A stretch of 64,000 nucleotides of DNA, from assembly GCA_030264375.1 (NCBI GenBank), contig JASCQW010000061.1, forward strand, positions 32,036,017 through 32,100,016. The letters run 5' to 3'. Of the stretch, positions 1 through 13,369 are shown piece after piece. The stretch is from Carcharhinus longimanus. Its lineage: Eukaryota. Made by a program: the position numbers and the translations under genes. Position 1 is the first letter of the stretch, and each line of letters opens with the position of its first letter. The notes under the pieces were generated by a model. The model worked only from the letters and a program-made list of their open reading frames with translations. It made no database searches and was not told the DNA's origin.

Positions 1-95
1 AATGGGATTAGCTTAGGAATTTAAAAAGAAGGTGGCATGGACAAGTTGGGCCAAAGGGCCTGTTTCCATGCCGTAAACCTCTATGATGCTATGAA
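1..95 (+). mobile_element. CR1-type LINE 3' tail
   Basis: ggcatggacaagttgggccaaagggcctgtttccatgc...ctctatga. Confidence 0.7.
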
Positions 96-1414
96 TGTTG
101 TCCAGATCTTTCTCTTGGCTGTCATGGGTTGCTGCAAGTTGCAGGAGCTACGTATGGAAAATGGATAACTGATTATCTTATAGCCACCCTACCATTAAAG
201 TTTTGTAGATACAAATCGTCATGACCTAGATAAATGAGAAGTTTCTGGTTACATAATGAAAGGGGAATGAGGAGACGCCTATTGCCCTTCAGTCAGAGTG
301 CTACTTGCATCTGGATTTAATTACTTGTTATATTTTTATTTTCAGGAACTAATATTTCACTTTAATGATCCCTGAATGTAACCTCCCTGACTAAAATATG
401 TTTTTCTTTGTGTGAGTTAGTTTTGTGCCAATTGAAGGAAAGGTGGAAGAGAAGTGGTTGCTGTACAAACTTTTGTTCTGTCCAGTGCACATTTGGGGGC
501 ACTCTGAACAACAACTGAAATCTCTGCAGCACTCCTCAGTATAGAAATATTTCTGAGCACCCTGTAGGGCAGGGAAAAAAACAATAGACAATTGGGGTAA
601 GGTGAGGGGATAGAAAGTGCAGCTCAAAATAAAAATGGGTGTTAGCAGGTTTTTTTTGAAAACAGGAAGGGAGTTCCAGTGGGAGAGGAGTACAAAAGAA
701 AACAATACTGATGGAGCAAAGGATGTGGTAGTGTTGTGATATGTTACTGGGTTAGTAATCCAGATGCTGAGAGTTCATATCCCACAGTGCTGGCCTATAT
801 GTGACTTGAGTCCCACGCAAATATAATTGACTCTTAATTTCCCTCTGCGGTGGCCTCTTAAACCAGCCACTCAATCAGATTTACCAGGGATTTCCAGCAG
901 CAAGTACGCCCTGAGAGTGATTTTTTTTTGAACGGGATTTGAAGAAGTGGGGTTTGCAGGGTCCTGCTCTAAAGGACGTTCGGCCAATGCCAGTATGAAG
1001 TCAGGATGAAGATTTTGCCACCAGTGGATATGTGGGGCGAGGGAAGTGGGGATGGGGGAAACATGCACAGCGGGGCCAGAAACTTAAGATAATAGCAGGT
1101 CACAACAGTTGAAAAATAGAGTAGAAAAATTAACATCAAGAGCTTTTAGGCAGCGGTGATTGTTTACAAGGAATTTGAGATAATTTTGTGCAGAAAGTGT
1201 TTATTCCGACCTTTCCTTTTTTATTTTACCTCAACGCTCATACTGTTGCAGTGTGTTCTGAGTTCAGTCTAGTAGTGTTTTGTACCTAGAAAAATGAGAT
1301 TTTTGTCTCTGGCTTTGTGATTTAGTTTCATTTTGCTTTTCAATTTTAATTTAGTATTTATTCCCCATTAGCCAAAGTATTAGATTTTGTTTTTCACATT
1401 TTATTTGCATGTAA

Positions 1415-1760
1415 GGAAGTGAAATGGTTATGTTTATTAATTATTAATCCAGAAAGCGTGAGTTCAAATCCCAGCATGGCAGTGTAAGAATTTGAAAATA
1501 GTTTTAAAGAAAACACTGGAACTAAACTGGTATGAGTAAAAGTGGTCATGGATTGCTGTAAAAATCCACACAACTGTACCCATGTCCTTTTTGGGAAGGA
1601 AACCTTCTGTCCTTACCCAGTCTGGCCTATGTGTGACTCCAGTCTCACGCCAATATGTGAGGTGACAGCAGAAGCCAACTTAAACTTCAACAATGAAGAA
1701 GGCCCACTACCACCTTCTCAGGGCAATGCGGGAGACTCAAATCTTGCAAATGAATAATAA
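1415..1760 (+). mobile_element. SINE sharing its 3' tail with the 10.5-12.4 kb LINE family
   Basis: gttcaaatcccagcatggc...gggaaggaaacc...tctggcctatgtgtgactccag; related fragment at ~722-875. Confidence 0.65.
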
Positions 1761-2668
1761 CTAACATCTGGCTGTGTAGGGTTGTGCATAAATGTGAGTC
1801 TCATCTCACTCTAATGTGCTGGACTCTGAAGTGGTCTAGTGAGCCATTTGGTTATGTCCAATGGCTACAAACATTGTAGGGACACCTTCACCCTCTGCAT
1901 GGACGACAACAGTTCGGAAAGTTCACCAGATCAGGACAACAAAACACCAGCTTTTCCAGCCATTCCCACATTCCAAGAATGGATAGGAAAATGAAATAAG
2001 AAAAAGATGTGATTCTGAATTTGGATTCAATCTTCAGACATTTGCAGATGGATTTTTCCAGTCCATGATCACATGATGCATACATGTAAAGCCCTGTCAC
2101 ACTATTCCTGTCGATGTTAAATTTGACCTTTATGGTTCTTGGGATGTGGATGACAGGGTCTTGTCAGCAATTATGACCCATTCGTTGTTACCCTGAGAGA
2201 ATTATGTGAATCTGGAGCTACAGACCAGCAGTTGTTGGGGTTTCTTTTCCTGAAGTGATCCAATTGGGTTTCAAAACAAAGTGACAGCTTCCCACTGTAC
2301 AGTTTTGGTGCAAACCCACAGATTTACGCAGCTTTCCAATGTGACCTTACAAGTTTGGTACATAACCACTTGTTCAAAATTAGTTGGTAATGCATGTTCT
2401 AAGATATTGCTATCAGAATTTTGTTTTATACCTGGGTGAAGGATCACAAGTTCCAACCTTAATTCTTATTAAGATTAGGAATTAACTTTTATTAAGTTTA
2501 CATTAAGTTGAAAAAAATTGCTTCAATATTCTGAGGCGATTTGGCCTATTTTAAACATAAGTCATAAATCTATATTTTCCGCGATATAGCTCTGTAACAA
2601 CTCTTAGAAATTAAAACTGCTATCAAAAGATGACCAAGAAACATCTTTCTTTGATTTCCTTGTGACAG

Positions 2669-3168
2669 ACTGTTAACCGAGCTGGAGTCTCCACCATGGT
2701 GGCCGTTCAGTAATCGTCTCCGAAAGGCTCAACAGGAAACAAAAAGTCAGCCAGAATACTCGCCGTCTGCCTCAAAGGCTTTTGGGAAGGAGGGCTTGAT
2801 ATTAAAGGTCCCAGTCCTTTATTCCCAGGGTCCGGACCCCAACCTCAAACAGGGCACACTCGCAGTCCTTTGCTCTGGTCTGGAAATCAGTGATTCAAAT
2901 GAGCAGCTTGTGCACAAGTACCGACGGGAGGATGTCGACGATGTTAAAGTGCAGAGCCCATATGAGATAGTTGTCCGCCAGAGGTTCATAGGGAAGCCTG
3001 ACATCTCCTTTACCCTGCAGTCTGCGAGGATGACTGATGTTGTTTCTATTGTAGAGATACAGTACTCCAAAAAAGTGCAATTCAGAGAGGACCTGTTGGG
3101 GCTCTTCAAACCAGAGGAATCCCCTGTTTCTGAGAACCTCGGCATGGGCAGTTCCATATGGAATGCAG
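2669..3168 (+). CDS. SNAP47: SNAP47 internal coding exon (third-from-last)
   Basis: Acceptor ttccttgtgacag| at 2668/2669 and donor GCAG|gtatgg at 3168/3169; 500 nt. Translates (R)LLTELESPPWWPFS...FGKEGLILKVPV...REDVDDVKVQSPYEIVVRQRFIGKPD...SIWNA, matching vertebrate SNAP47 as I recall it (LLTELESPAWWPFS...REDVDDIKVHSPYEISIRQRFIGKPD). Confidence 0.96.
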
Positions 3169-3309
3169 GTATGGCAGATTTCACTTTGTAAGGGCCATGG
3201 TCATTCTGCCTGTGTCACAATGCAATAGCATTTTTGAATCAAAAGTAGCTACAAACTAGGAAAATCTCAGAATATTTAGAGAAGGGAAAAAAGGTTGGCG
3301 CATAAAGTA

Positions 3310-4675
3310 AAAACCCATGGAATTGGAGGAAGTGTATTAGCATAAATTGAATCACATAGAAAACAGACTTGGAATAAGTGGGTCCTTTTCAGATTGGCAA
3401 GATGTAACTAGTGGAATACTGCAGGAATCAGCTCTTGGCCCACAATTGTTCACAATTTACATTAATGACCTGGAGGAAGGAAGAGAATGTAAGGTTTCCA
3501 AATTTGCTGCTGATATAAAGCTGGGTGGAAGGGTGAGTTGTGAAGAGGATATTGTGATTTTGCAATGGGATATATATAGATTGAGTGACTGGGCAAAAAC
3601 CTGGCAAATTAAGTTTAATGTAGGAAAGCGTGAGGTCATGCATAATCAAAAGGCACTTTATTATTTAAGTGGAGAAAGACTAGGTGAGTGAAATACAGAG
3701 GGATGTAGGTATTCTAGTGCATGCATCATTAAAAAGCTAGCAGGCAGGGCCAACAAATAGTGAAGACAAATGGCATTTTGGCCTTTATTGCAAAGGAGTT
3801 AGATTTAAAAATAGGGAGGTTTTGTTGCAATTGTACAGGTTTTTGTTGAGGCCTCACCTGGAATACTGCATTCAGACAGCATTGGGACTCGTACCTAAAA
3901 AGGGATATAGTAATTTTGGAAGCAGTCCAAAAGAAATTCACCAGTCTAATTCCTGGGATGAAAGGGTTGTCCTATCAAGAGACATTAAATAGTGTCTTGG
4001 AGTTTAGATGAGTGAGGGGTGACCTTATTCAAATATGTAAGACCCTGAGGGGGCTTGACAGGATAGATGGTGAGGTGACTTCACTAGTGAGGTGGCACGG
4101 CACAGTAGCATAATGGTTAGCACTGCTGCCTCACAGTGCCAGGGACTGGGTTCAGTTCTGGTCTCAGGTCACTGTCTGTGTAGAGTTTGCACATTCTCTG
4201 TGTGGGTTTCCTCCAGGTGCTCTGGTTTCCTCCTACAGTCCAAAGATGTGCGGGTTAGGTTGATTGGCCATTCTAAATTGCCCCTTAGTATCAGGGGGAC
4301 TAATGAGAGTATGGGGATAGGAGCTTGGTTAGAGTGTGGGGTTATGAGGATAGGGGCCTGGGTGGGATTGTGGTCAGTGCAGACTCGTTGGGCTGAATGA
4401 TCTCCTTCTGCACTGTAGAGATTCTATGATTGTGACAGAATCTTGAACAAGGGGACATAGCTACACGATAAAAGTGAGGTGCATTGAAATTTCTTTTCTG
4501 CCCAAAAGAGTTGTGAAGGCTGGATCATTAGAAATATTTAAGGTGTAGTGGATAAATATTGGGGAGATGGCACAGGAAAAGAGTTGAGGTTGGCATAGAT
4601 CAGCCATGGCTGTATTGAATGGGACAGGTTTGAAGGGCCTGGTAGCCTATTGCTTTTATTTCTTGTGTTTCTGTG
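3310..4675 (+). mobile_element. 5'-truncated CR1 LINE (RT C-terminal region + 3' tail), interrupted by a SINE
   Basis: VTSGILQESALGPQLFTIYINDLEEG...SKFAADIKLG (degenerate FADD RT motif); RPHLEYC-like segment. Confidence 0.9.
4091..4431 (+). mobile_element. tRNA-derived V-SINE (HE1-like) with CR1-type tail
   Basis: tggttagcactgctgcctcacag head; gggtttcctccaggtgctctggtttcctcctacagtccaaagatgtg V core; gcagactcgttgggctgaatg...ctgcactgtag tail. Confidence 0.9.
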
Positions 4676-6291
4676 TATCTTTTGATCCTTGCCCTTCCTT
4701 AACTAAATCTAATCTGTTGAACTTGTATGCTGTCCTCATTAACAGCCTTCCCATGGCAACTGATTCCACAATTTGATTACTCTTTCTGTGGAAAAAATAC
4801 CATCTAAAATCACCTCATTCTTCTAACTTTAAACATTTTTATATTGTGGGACCCGGTGTTTAAATTCCTAGAATGGTAAAATTATACAGCACAAAGGAAG
4901 CTGTTCTGCTCATTAGGTCTGTGCTGGCTCTTTGGTAGCACTATCCAATTAATTTCACTGCCTTGCTCTTTCTGCATATCCCTGTAAATTATTTTTCTTC
5001 CACTTTTTTTAATTCAGTTCCCTTTCTTTCTAATTTCTTTGCTAATGACCTTTTTGTCATGTTGATCAAAAAACAGTCTCCAGTCTTCACCTTCTCCATC
5101 CTGTCCACATGAAATCTCTCACTCCTTGTACCATTCTGGTAACTCTCTTCTGCACCCTCCCCAAGGCCTTGTCACGCTTTCTCATTGATGTGCCCAGAAT
5201 TGAACGCAATACGGTAGCTGATGCTGAACCGATGTTTTATAAAGTTTAGATTCATTTCCTTGCTTTTGTACCCTTACGTCTCTATTAAACCAAGGATCCA
5301 GTATGCATTTTTGTTAACAGCCTTCTCAACTTGATCTTCTTTTAGAATCAGAAACTAGGAGCAGGAGTAGGCCATTCATTATGATCATGGCTGATCATCA
5401 AATTCATCCACATCAAATCCATACAGAATAGAATTAAAAAATTGAAATAAACTTCATTTAGAATAAAGTATTTAATGGGAAATGGGAAAGAAAACATGAA
5501 AAATGATCACTTTGCATGTGCATCCTCTGTACATGATCTTGTGTACAAAGGCTTTAGTGCAGGTGAGTGAATATGTGAACAAGGAAGGAGTTTACTTTGT
5601 CAGACCCCTTCTTAAAGTCCATATGCGCAACCTTCAATCAATACCCCTATCCAATCTCCCAACTGCTTCATCCAAAAATGGTATGTTAGTCAATATGATT
5701 TGTCTTTAACACAGCCCCACTGAATTTNNNNNNNNNNNNNNNNNNNNNNNNNNNNNNNNNNNNNNNNNNNNNNNNNNNNNNNNNNNNNNNNNNNNNNNNN
5801 NNNNNNNNNNNNNNNNNNNNNNNNNNNCTGAATTTCATTTATTTGCCCTTTTGTTTACAATTGCCAATTTTTCCCTGAATTGCTGCTCCTAATACCTTTC
5901 CTGCCACTGGCATTACAGTTACTGGCCTGAAGTTACTGGGATTAATCCTGTCCAATTTTTGAACACGGGTATAACTTACACAGTCCCTAAATCCTCTGGT
6001 ACCATGCCATATTCAAGGATAATTGGAGGAGTATGGGCAAAGCCAACTTTACTTCCCTTAAAATATTTGCCAGCAAGACCCATAACTTTCCTAATTAGCA
6101 ATATCCAATAGCCTTCAAAGAAGTTTTTTTTATCTCAAAACATATCCCTTCCAATCTTTTTCCTTCCCCACCTCCTTCCTTCCACTATCCTGTTACTGTT
6201 TTAATGTTTATTACAGTTATTTTGTTCTATTATGTATTGGCCTCTAATCTAGTCTTCACTTCTTGTCCCTCTTATTTCCTCTTTTAGATTT

Positions 6292-6415
6292 TGGGCGGGA
6301 TTTTACAACCTCGCTCAAGCAAGACCGGAAATTCCTGCCCGAGGTCAATGGATATTTCCATTGTCCATCCCTCGCCTGCTCCAATTCTGTGGCAGGTGAA
6401 GTGGTAGAATTCCAG
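6292..6415. mobile_element. ~120-bp Harbinger-type MITE
   Basis: gggcgggattttac ... gtagaattcc terminal inverted repeats; same family as 13831, 17848 and 43283. Confidence 0.6.
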
Positions 6416-6787
6416 TGATTATCTGTGTTCTTATATCATCTTGATTCTCAAACCCTTACTATTATCATTAACTAACTTTTTCTGTTCCTGGTGGCTTGGT
6501 CAACATTTATCCCTTAACCGGCATCAATGGAACCAATTATGTGGCCATTGCCTTTTGTGGTGATTTGCACCCAATTTGAATGCACACCAAAGTGGTTGTA
6601 AAGTACTTTGAAGTATCCTGAGATTGTGGAAGATGTTATGTAAATACAAGTCCTTCATGTCTCCTTTTAGTTTCCTTTCTCTTTTTTGAGATAAGTTCTG
6701 TTATGAAGAAACCAATGCCCTTAAATTGGTTGGAAAATCTAAGCTGGCCAAGTTGACCTTAGGATGAGAGAAGAATTGGCGAATTGG

Positions 6788-7250
6788 TAGGATGAGAGAA
6801 GAATTGGCGAATGTGGACTGGGGGAGTGCATTGGAGGGAGGGTCTGCTGAGGAGCAGTGGCGNNNNNNNNNNNNNNNNNNNNNNNNNNNNNNNNNNNNNN
6901 NNNNNNNNNNNNNNNNNNNNNNNNNNNNNNNNNNNNNNNNNNNNNNNNNNNNNNNNNNNNNNACCCCTGATCCCCTTATTCATCAAGAACCTATCTATCT
7001 CTGTCTTAAAGACACTCAATGACCTGATCTCCACAGCCTCCTATGGCAAAGAGCTCCACAGATTCACCACTTTCTGGTTGAAGAAATTCCTTCTCATCTC
7101 TGTTTTCAAGGACCATCCCTTTAGCCTGAGGTTGTGCTCTCTGGTTCTAGCTTTTCCTACTAGTGGAAACATCCTCTCCACGTCCACTATGTCCAGGCCT
7201 CGCAGTATCCCCCCTCATCCTTCTAAACTCCAACGAGTACAGGCCCAGAA
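6788..7250. mobile_element. CR1 LINE fragments around an assembly gap
   Basis: MREELANVDW ORF2 piece before the gap; reverse-strand CR1 3' region (FKTEIDRFL..KGIRG) after it. Confidence 0.8.
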
Positions 7251-7449
7251 TCACTTGGTGAATGGTGAGCTGATTCATTTGCCCGTTGTCTGCTGGTGGT
7301 ATCTAAGGCCTGGGCACCATATTTAAATGCCAATTGAATGCATACATCTCACTCTGTCCAGCCCACCAGTCTCCAGGAGAAGAAGGAGAAGGCTGTAAGC
7401 CTCAAGAAGGCAACACCTGGCCTCACCCACAGCACTCGAGGTCTTGAGG

Positions 7450-7850
7450 GGGTGTTATAGAAACTTACAAGATAATGAAGGGGCTAGATAGGGTAGAGGT
7501 CGAGAGATTCTTTCCGCTTAGAAAGGGAAACAGAACTAGAGGGCACAGCCTCAAAGTAAGGGTGGGGAGGGCAGTTTAGAACAGAGTTGAAGAGAAACCT
7601 CTTCACTCAAAGAGTGGTGAATCTCTGGAATTCTCTGCCCATTGAAGTGGTGGAGGCTACCTTGCTGAATATATTTAAGTACGGGTAGGTAGATTTCTGA
7701 TAGACAAGGGAATTAAGGGTTATGGGGAGAAAGCGGGACAGTGGAACTGATCCACTTCAGATCAGCTATGATCTTATTGAATGGCGGGGCAGGCTCGAAG
7801 GGTTAGATGGCCTACTCCTGCTCCTATTTCTCATATTCTTACGTTCTTAG
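7450..7850 (+). mobile_element. CR1 LINE 3' end
   Basis: agggcacagcctcaaa...ttattgaatggcggggcaggctcgaagggttagatggcctactcctgctcct. Confidence 0.9.
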
Positions 7851-8394
7851 ATTTGAGGAGTTATAACCATTAGTATCAATTTTCAGTGTGATGTGGCTAC
7901 AAAAAGAGGCCTTTTTTTGGGTGTTTTCAGAAATTGGTTTATGAGATGAATTTCCAGTCATTCAAATCTAGAATACATTGGAAAATACAGGACCAGGGAA
8001 GACTCTAAGGTGTCTTTTAGAGTCTTATCTGGTCCTGTCCCAAAAACTACTTTTTCTGAACCGTGGATTCCTTTGTGTCCCAGCTTCCTTGAATGTTTCT
8101 GCAGAATCTACTTGAGATGCACACTTTCCACACTTTGTATAGTCGCCTAAACTGTCGATATAACATTTTTGTAACTTAATCTGTTGGCTGTCGTGTTTGT
8201 GGCAATCTCAAAAACATTACCAGGGTTTGATTTCTCCATTGCTTAAAGATATCTGGATATCTGCCCTGATCCTTCTACAGTGACAATGTGCTCTTGGAGC
8301 CTAGCTATGAAAGAATGTTTTGAAGTAAAAGTGAACAAGGTGATAACTGAAAGCTCCATTAAAGAATCAGTGAGCTTTGAAGAGGGTATGTCGC

Positions 8395-8644
8395 GAAAGA
8401 AGGGTGGCAGGCAAAAGGCAGGGAATTATAGGCTGGTTAGTTTAATGTCTGTTGTAGGTAAAATGTTAGAATCNNNNNNNNNNNNNNNNNNNNNNNNNNN
8501 NNNNNNNNNNNNNNNNNNNNNNNNNNNNNNNNNNNNNNNNNNNNNNNNNNNNNNNNNNNNNNNNNNNNNNNNNTATTGAATGGCGGGGCAGGCTCGAAGG
8601 GCTAGATGGCCTACTCCTGCTCCTATTTCTTATGTTCTTATGTT
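8395..8644 (+). mobile_element. Young CR1 LINE collapsed in a gap
   Basis: KKGGRQKAGNYRLVSLMSVVGKMLE before the gap; the same 3' tail as 7450-7850 after it. Confidence 0.88.
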
Positions 8645-9429
8645 AAGACCAAGAAGGTGAGCAAAGAAGAGCAATGCATAGATGGCCACTGTTGGAGGAT
8701 TAAGTTGGACTGTTGGTGGTTGCAGAAGGAGCCTCTGGAAGAAATGATAAAAGATGATGATTGCAATTTTGTTACTATGCCAGTAGAAATCAATAAGGAA
8801 TGAGATAGTGGGTGAGTTGGAATTGGTTTGGATTGGGATGGAGTTGGGAGTGGCTGGTGGATGAATTTTGGAGAAGTAAGACCTGAAGGTGCTGAATAGT
8901 GGTAGAGGGAATCTTATGAAGTTGGTAGATGTTACTTTGGTAATGCACCATATGTGAAGTTTGAAGACAAAATGCTAATAATCTTAAGAGCAGTTAAGAC
9001 AGACATTTTTACAGTGGTTCTTAACATTCTATCTCAAGGATAGATTTTGACTGTGTGATAGAGTAAATTAGGTAAGTGATTTTTATTTACATGTATTCAG
9101 TGAAATTCTGCAACAGTCATGATTTTATATATACTGCCCAAACCAGTGAAAGGCAAATTGCAGACTGAGGTAGACACTATTGCCCACTGTCCTGTCATGG
9201 TTTCACCTGGAATGTTGTTTTATAAATACCTTCCTTTACTATTTACTATCTTATAAATCTTAACTACCTTTCAAGTTTTTTTACCCTTCCTCATAAATCG
9301 GGGCCATGAATCAGTTCTTCTGCCTTTTTGTTCGCATGGCCTGTAGGGTTTGGATATCCTCCTTCAGTGACTGATACAGACTGATCCCAATAAATAGTAG
9401 CAATTGACTTGTTTGCGTTATTTCTGCAG

Positions 9430-9542
9430 CAAGTGGTTTCTTGGGTAGAGTTATGCATCCTGTTTCAGCGAGCGGTGGTCAGATGTCCCAACAAGTGTCT
9501 GAGCAGACAGTTTCAGAGGCTGAGGCCCAAGAGCTGAGACAG
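9430..9542 (+). CDS. SNAP47: SNAP47 penultimate coding exon
   Basis: Acceptor ttatttctgcag| and donor CAG|gtgagt; 113 nt, phase-compatible with both neighbours. Translates (A)SGFLGRVMHPVSASGGQMSQQVSEQTVSEAEAQELRQ (cf. human ASGLMGR...LSEADTQELTQ). Confidence 0.93.
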
Positions 9543-9759
9543 GTGAGTGCATTTCACTTGGATAATTTTCATTTATGGGCTTAATACTATATGATGGACA
9601 GACTCTTAAACTTCTTTACTTGTGTAGATTCCAGTGATTAAGTAACTGAATGCATTGTATGTTTTTAAAATCATTGTTACTGTTCTTAAGAATATTGGTA
9701 GAAACTAATTTTCCGAGTGGTGCATTTAGCCCATGTGAGAAAGAAGTGCGGCAAAATAA

Positions 9760-9960
9760 GACCAAAGATGTGTGGGTTAGGTTGATTGGCTATGCTAACG
9801 TTGCCCCTTAGTGTCCTGAGATGCGCAGGTTAGAGGGATTAGCGAGTAAATATGTCGGAATATGGGGGTAGGGAGTAGGGCCTGGGTGGGATTGTGGTCT
9901 GTATAGACTCAATGGGCCAAATGGCATCTTTCTGCACTGTAGGGTTTCTGTGATTCTATG
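9760..9960 (+). mobile_element. V-SINE 3' half
   Basis: ccaaagatgtgtgggttaggttgattggc...gggcctgggtgggattgtggtc...ctgcactgtagggtttct. Confidence 0.85.
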
Positions 9961-10130
9961 AAAACCAGGTAATGGACCATGACTGGATGAAATGCAGGTG
10001 TAATAATCTGCTACATGTCCTCTTTATTAAATAGAGAGTCCTTACCATTATATTCCATTCCCTCACGCAAATGGTTTCATTCGCCTGTTCTCATTCTCTC
10101 TCTCTGTCTCTTGCTCACTTGCACTTTCTC

Positions 10131-10444
10131 TGGGGCATAACGGTGGCATAGTGGTTAGCACTGCTGCCACATAGCACCAGGGACCTGGGTTCGATTCCTG
10201 GCTTGAACCCCTGCCTATGTGTAGTCTGCACGTTCTCCCCATGTCTGTGTGGGTTTCCTCTGGATACTCCAGTTTCCTCCCACAGTCTGAAAGATGTGTT
10301 GGTTAGATGCACTGGCCATGCTAAATTCTCCCTCATTGTACCCAAACAGAAACTGGAGTGCGGCGACAAGGGGATTTTCCCAGTAACTTCATTGCAGTGT
10401 TAATGTAAGCCTACTTGTGACACTAATAAATAAACTTTAAACTC
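10131..10444 (+). mobile_element. tRNA-derived V-SINE, second tail type
   Basis: Same head and core; tail ggggattttcccagtaacttcattgcagtgttaatgtaagcctacttgtgacactaataaataaacttt. Confidence 0.9.
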
Positions 10445-10554
10445 TTCCATTAGATCAAAAGGGTAAGAGGTATATATGATGTTTCTCATATGAAACATAT
10501 AAAGTACATCGATTCATATAGTGCCTTATTGGGATATCAAAACATCTTATGAAG

Positions 10555-12450
10555 TGTGCAGGAGGGCATGCCAGGAGCAGTATCAGATATACTAAAAACG
10601 ATGTGTCAACCTGGTGAAGCAACATCGAAGGACTAATTGTGTGCCAACACAAGCAGCAAGCAACAGAGTTAAGCAATTCCACAATGAGCTGATCAGACTT
10701 AAGTTCTGCCACATCCAGTTGTGAATGGTGTTGAGCAAATAAACAATTCACTGGAAGAGGAGGAAGCTGCATAAATATTCCCATCCTCAATGACGGGGGA
10801 AGCCCAGCGCAAAAGATAACGCTGAAGAATTTGCAACAATCTTCAGCAAGAAGTGACAAGAGGATGATCTAACTTGACTTCTTCCGGAAGCCTCAGCATC
10901 ACGTATGCCAGTCTTCAGCCAATTTAATTCACTCCCCGTGATATTCAGAAATAGCTGAAGGCACTGGATACTGTAAAGGCTCTGGGCTGTGACAGTTTTC
11001 CAGCAGCAGTACTGAAGACTTATGCTCCAGAACTTTCCATGCCCCTAGCCAAGCTGTTCCAGTACAGTTACAATATTGGCAACCAACCGTCAATGTGGAA
11101 AATTGCCCAGGTATGTCCTGTGCACAAAAAACAGGACACATCCAACCTAGCCAACAGTCTACTCTCAAGCATCAGTAAAGTGATGGAAGGGTTCATCCAC
11201 AGTGCTATGGAGCAGAATTGTTTAGCAATAACCTGTTCACAGACACTCAGTTTAGTTTCTGCCAGGGCCCTACCACTCCTGACCTCATTACAACCTTGGT
11301 TCAAACATGGACAAAAATGCTAAACTCCAGAGTTGAATGTCTTTGACATCAAGGCTGCAGTTGACTGGTGTGTGGCATCAAGGAGCTCCTGCAAAACTGG
11401 AGTCAATAGGAATCAGGGAAAACTCCATTAGTTGGAGTCATGCCTGACACAAAGGCAGATAGTTGCACTAGGTGGAGGCCAATCATCTCCGTTCCAGACA
11501 TCACTGTAGGAGTTCCGACAGCCTCGGCCCAACCATCTTCAGCTGCTTCATTTAATGACCGTTTTTCCGTCATGAGGTCAGAAGTGGGGCTTTTCAGTGA
11601 TGGTTGTGCAAGTTCAACACCATTCATGACTCTTCAAATACTGAAGCAGTTCATATCCAAATAGATCTGGACAATATCCAGGCCTGGGGTGACAAAATTC
11701 ATGCCACACAAGTGCCAGGCAATGACCATTTCCAACATGAGAGAATCTAACCATTGCCCCTTGACATTCAATGGAATTACTTTTACTGAATCCCCCTCCC
11801 CCTATCAATATCCTGGGGGGGAGGTTGCCATTGACCAGAAACTGAACTGGACTAGCTATATGAAAAATGTGGCGACAAGAACAAGTCAGAGCCTGGGAAT
11901 GCTATGAGTAACTCACCTCCTGACTCCCCAAAGGCTATCCATCATTTATTAAGCACAAGTCAAATGTGATGGCATACTCCTGTACTTGCTTGGGTTAGTG
12001 TAGTTCCAGCAACACTTGAGAAGCTTGACACCATCTGGGACAATGCAGCTTGCTTGATTGGCACCCCATCCACAAACATTCATTCCCTCCATCACTGATA
12101 CACAGTGGCAGCAGTGTGTACTATGCGCAAGTTGCGCTGCGGGACCTCACCAAACCTCCTTCGACAACACCTTCCAAACACATGAATGCTACCATTGGGA
12201 CAAGCGCAACAGATGCGTGGAAACACCACCACCTGCAAGTTCTTATCCAAGCCACTCATAAAACTGACAAAATATATCGCTGTTCCTTCACTGCGCTGGG
12301 TGACATCCTGGAACTGCCTCGCTAACACCATGTGGACTGCAGCGATTTAAGAAGGAAGCTCACCATCACCATCTTGTGGGCAATTAGGGACAAGAATATG
12401 CTGGCCTAGCCAATGACACCCACATCCCATGAATGAATTAAAAAAAACAT
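10555..12450 (+). mobile_element. Old CR1/L2-clade LINE, 5'-truncated
   Basis: PLAKLFQYSYNIG..PSMWKIAQVCPVHKKQD ORF2 motif; RT remnants; 3' tail gggcaattaggga...cacatcccatgaatgaattaaaaaaa. Confidence 0.9.
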
Positions 12451-12708
12451 TCTTCCTGGCAGTGACCTGTTGTGGAGGCAAATACAGCAACTGTGTTACA
12501 GCTGCATCTCAAACAACTAGGTGAATGACCAATTTATTATCAACTTATCACCCTATTTCGTTCTCTCTTCCTTTCATTCTCATACAGGATCCTCCTTGCA
12601 GAATTTCAAACATGGATTTAGCGGGTATGTGAGCTCTTTGTCTTGTCTCTTTTTTCCCTCTCGAACATGTGTTTCCTCTCTTCATTCCACACCTGCTGCT
12701 GTTCTTAT

Positions 12709-13006
12709 TATTTTTATTATTTATTTGAGTGTCACAAGTAGACTTACATTCACACTGCAATGAAGTTACTGTGAAAATCCCCTAGTCGCCACACTCCAGT
12801 GCCTGTTCGGGTATGCTGAGGGAGAATTTAATGTGGCCAATGCCCCTAACCAGCACATCTTGTGGGAGGGAACTGGAGCACCAAGAGGAAACCTATGCAG
12901 ACACGGGGAGAACGTGCAGACTCTGCACAGACAGTGACCCAAGCTGAGAATCGAACCCAGGTCCCTGGTGCTGTGAGGCAGCAGTGCTAACTACTGTGCC
13001 ACCGTG
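12709..13006 (-). mobile_element. V-SINE, second tail type
   Basis: Reverse complement of the 10131 family. Confidence 0.9.
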
Positions 13007-13369
13007 GCTGTTGCTGAGGCTGTGTTTTGGCATCATGCTTAGTTTTTTGTCTTGTACAAACTTGCATCCCATTCAAAATGATGTTTTTGGACACTGGCTA
13101 GTGTGTGGTGATCTGACTTTTCTCCTGAAGACACTGACTCCTTCTAATGTATGAACTGTCTTCTCATACCATTTCCAAGTGACAATGCCTCACCGGAAAT
13201 TCTGGATAGTACCTTTGTCATGCACTATGCTGTGGAGTGGTCTCCCGCTGCCATGCTCATTGCTATCTGTGAACTCAGTTTAACTACTACTGCTGCACCA
13301 AATTAACATCTGATACCAGCTTGAATCTCTATAACTATCCTGTGTGTCTTGTTTCTTCAGTGAAGAGAG

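Noticed and set aside
2796-3191. ORF-track 131-aa ORF as a stand-alone gene
   Set aside because: It is part of the SNAP47 exon (2669-3168) read from an internal TTG and running into the intron. The antisense 121-aa ORF is its shadow.
10131-10205. tRNA genes (A/B-box-like motifs)
   Set aside because: These are SINE heads continuing into V-core and tail, with no complete cloverleaf.
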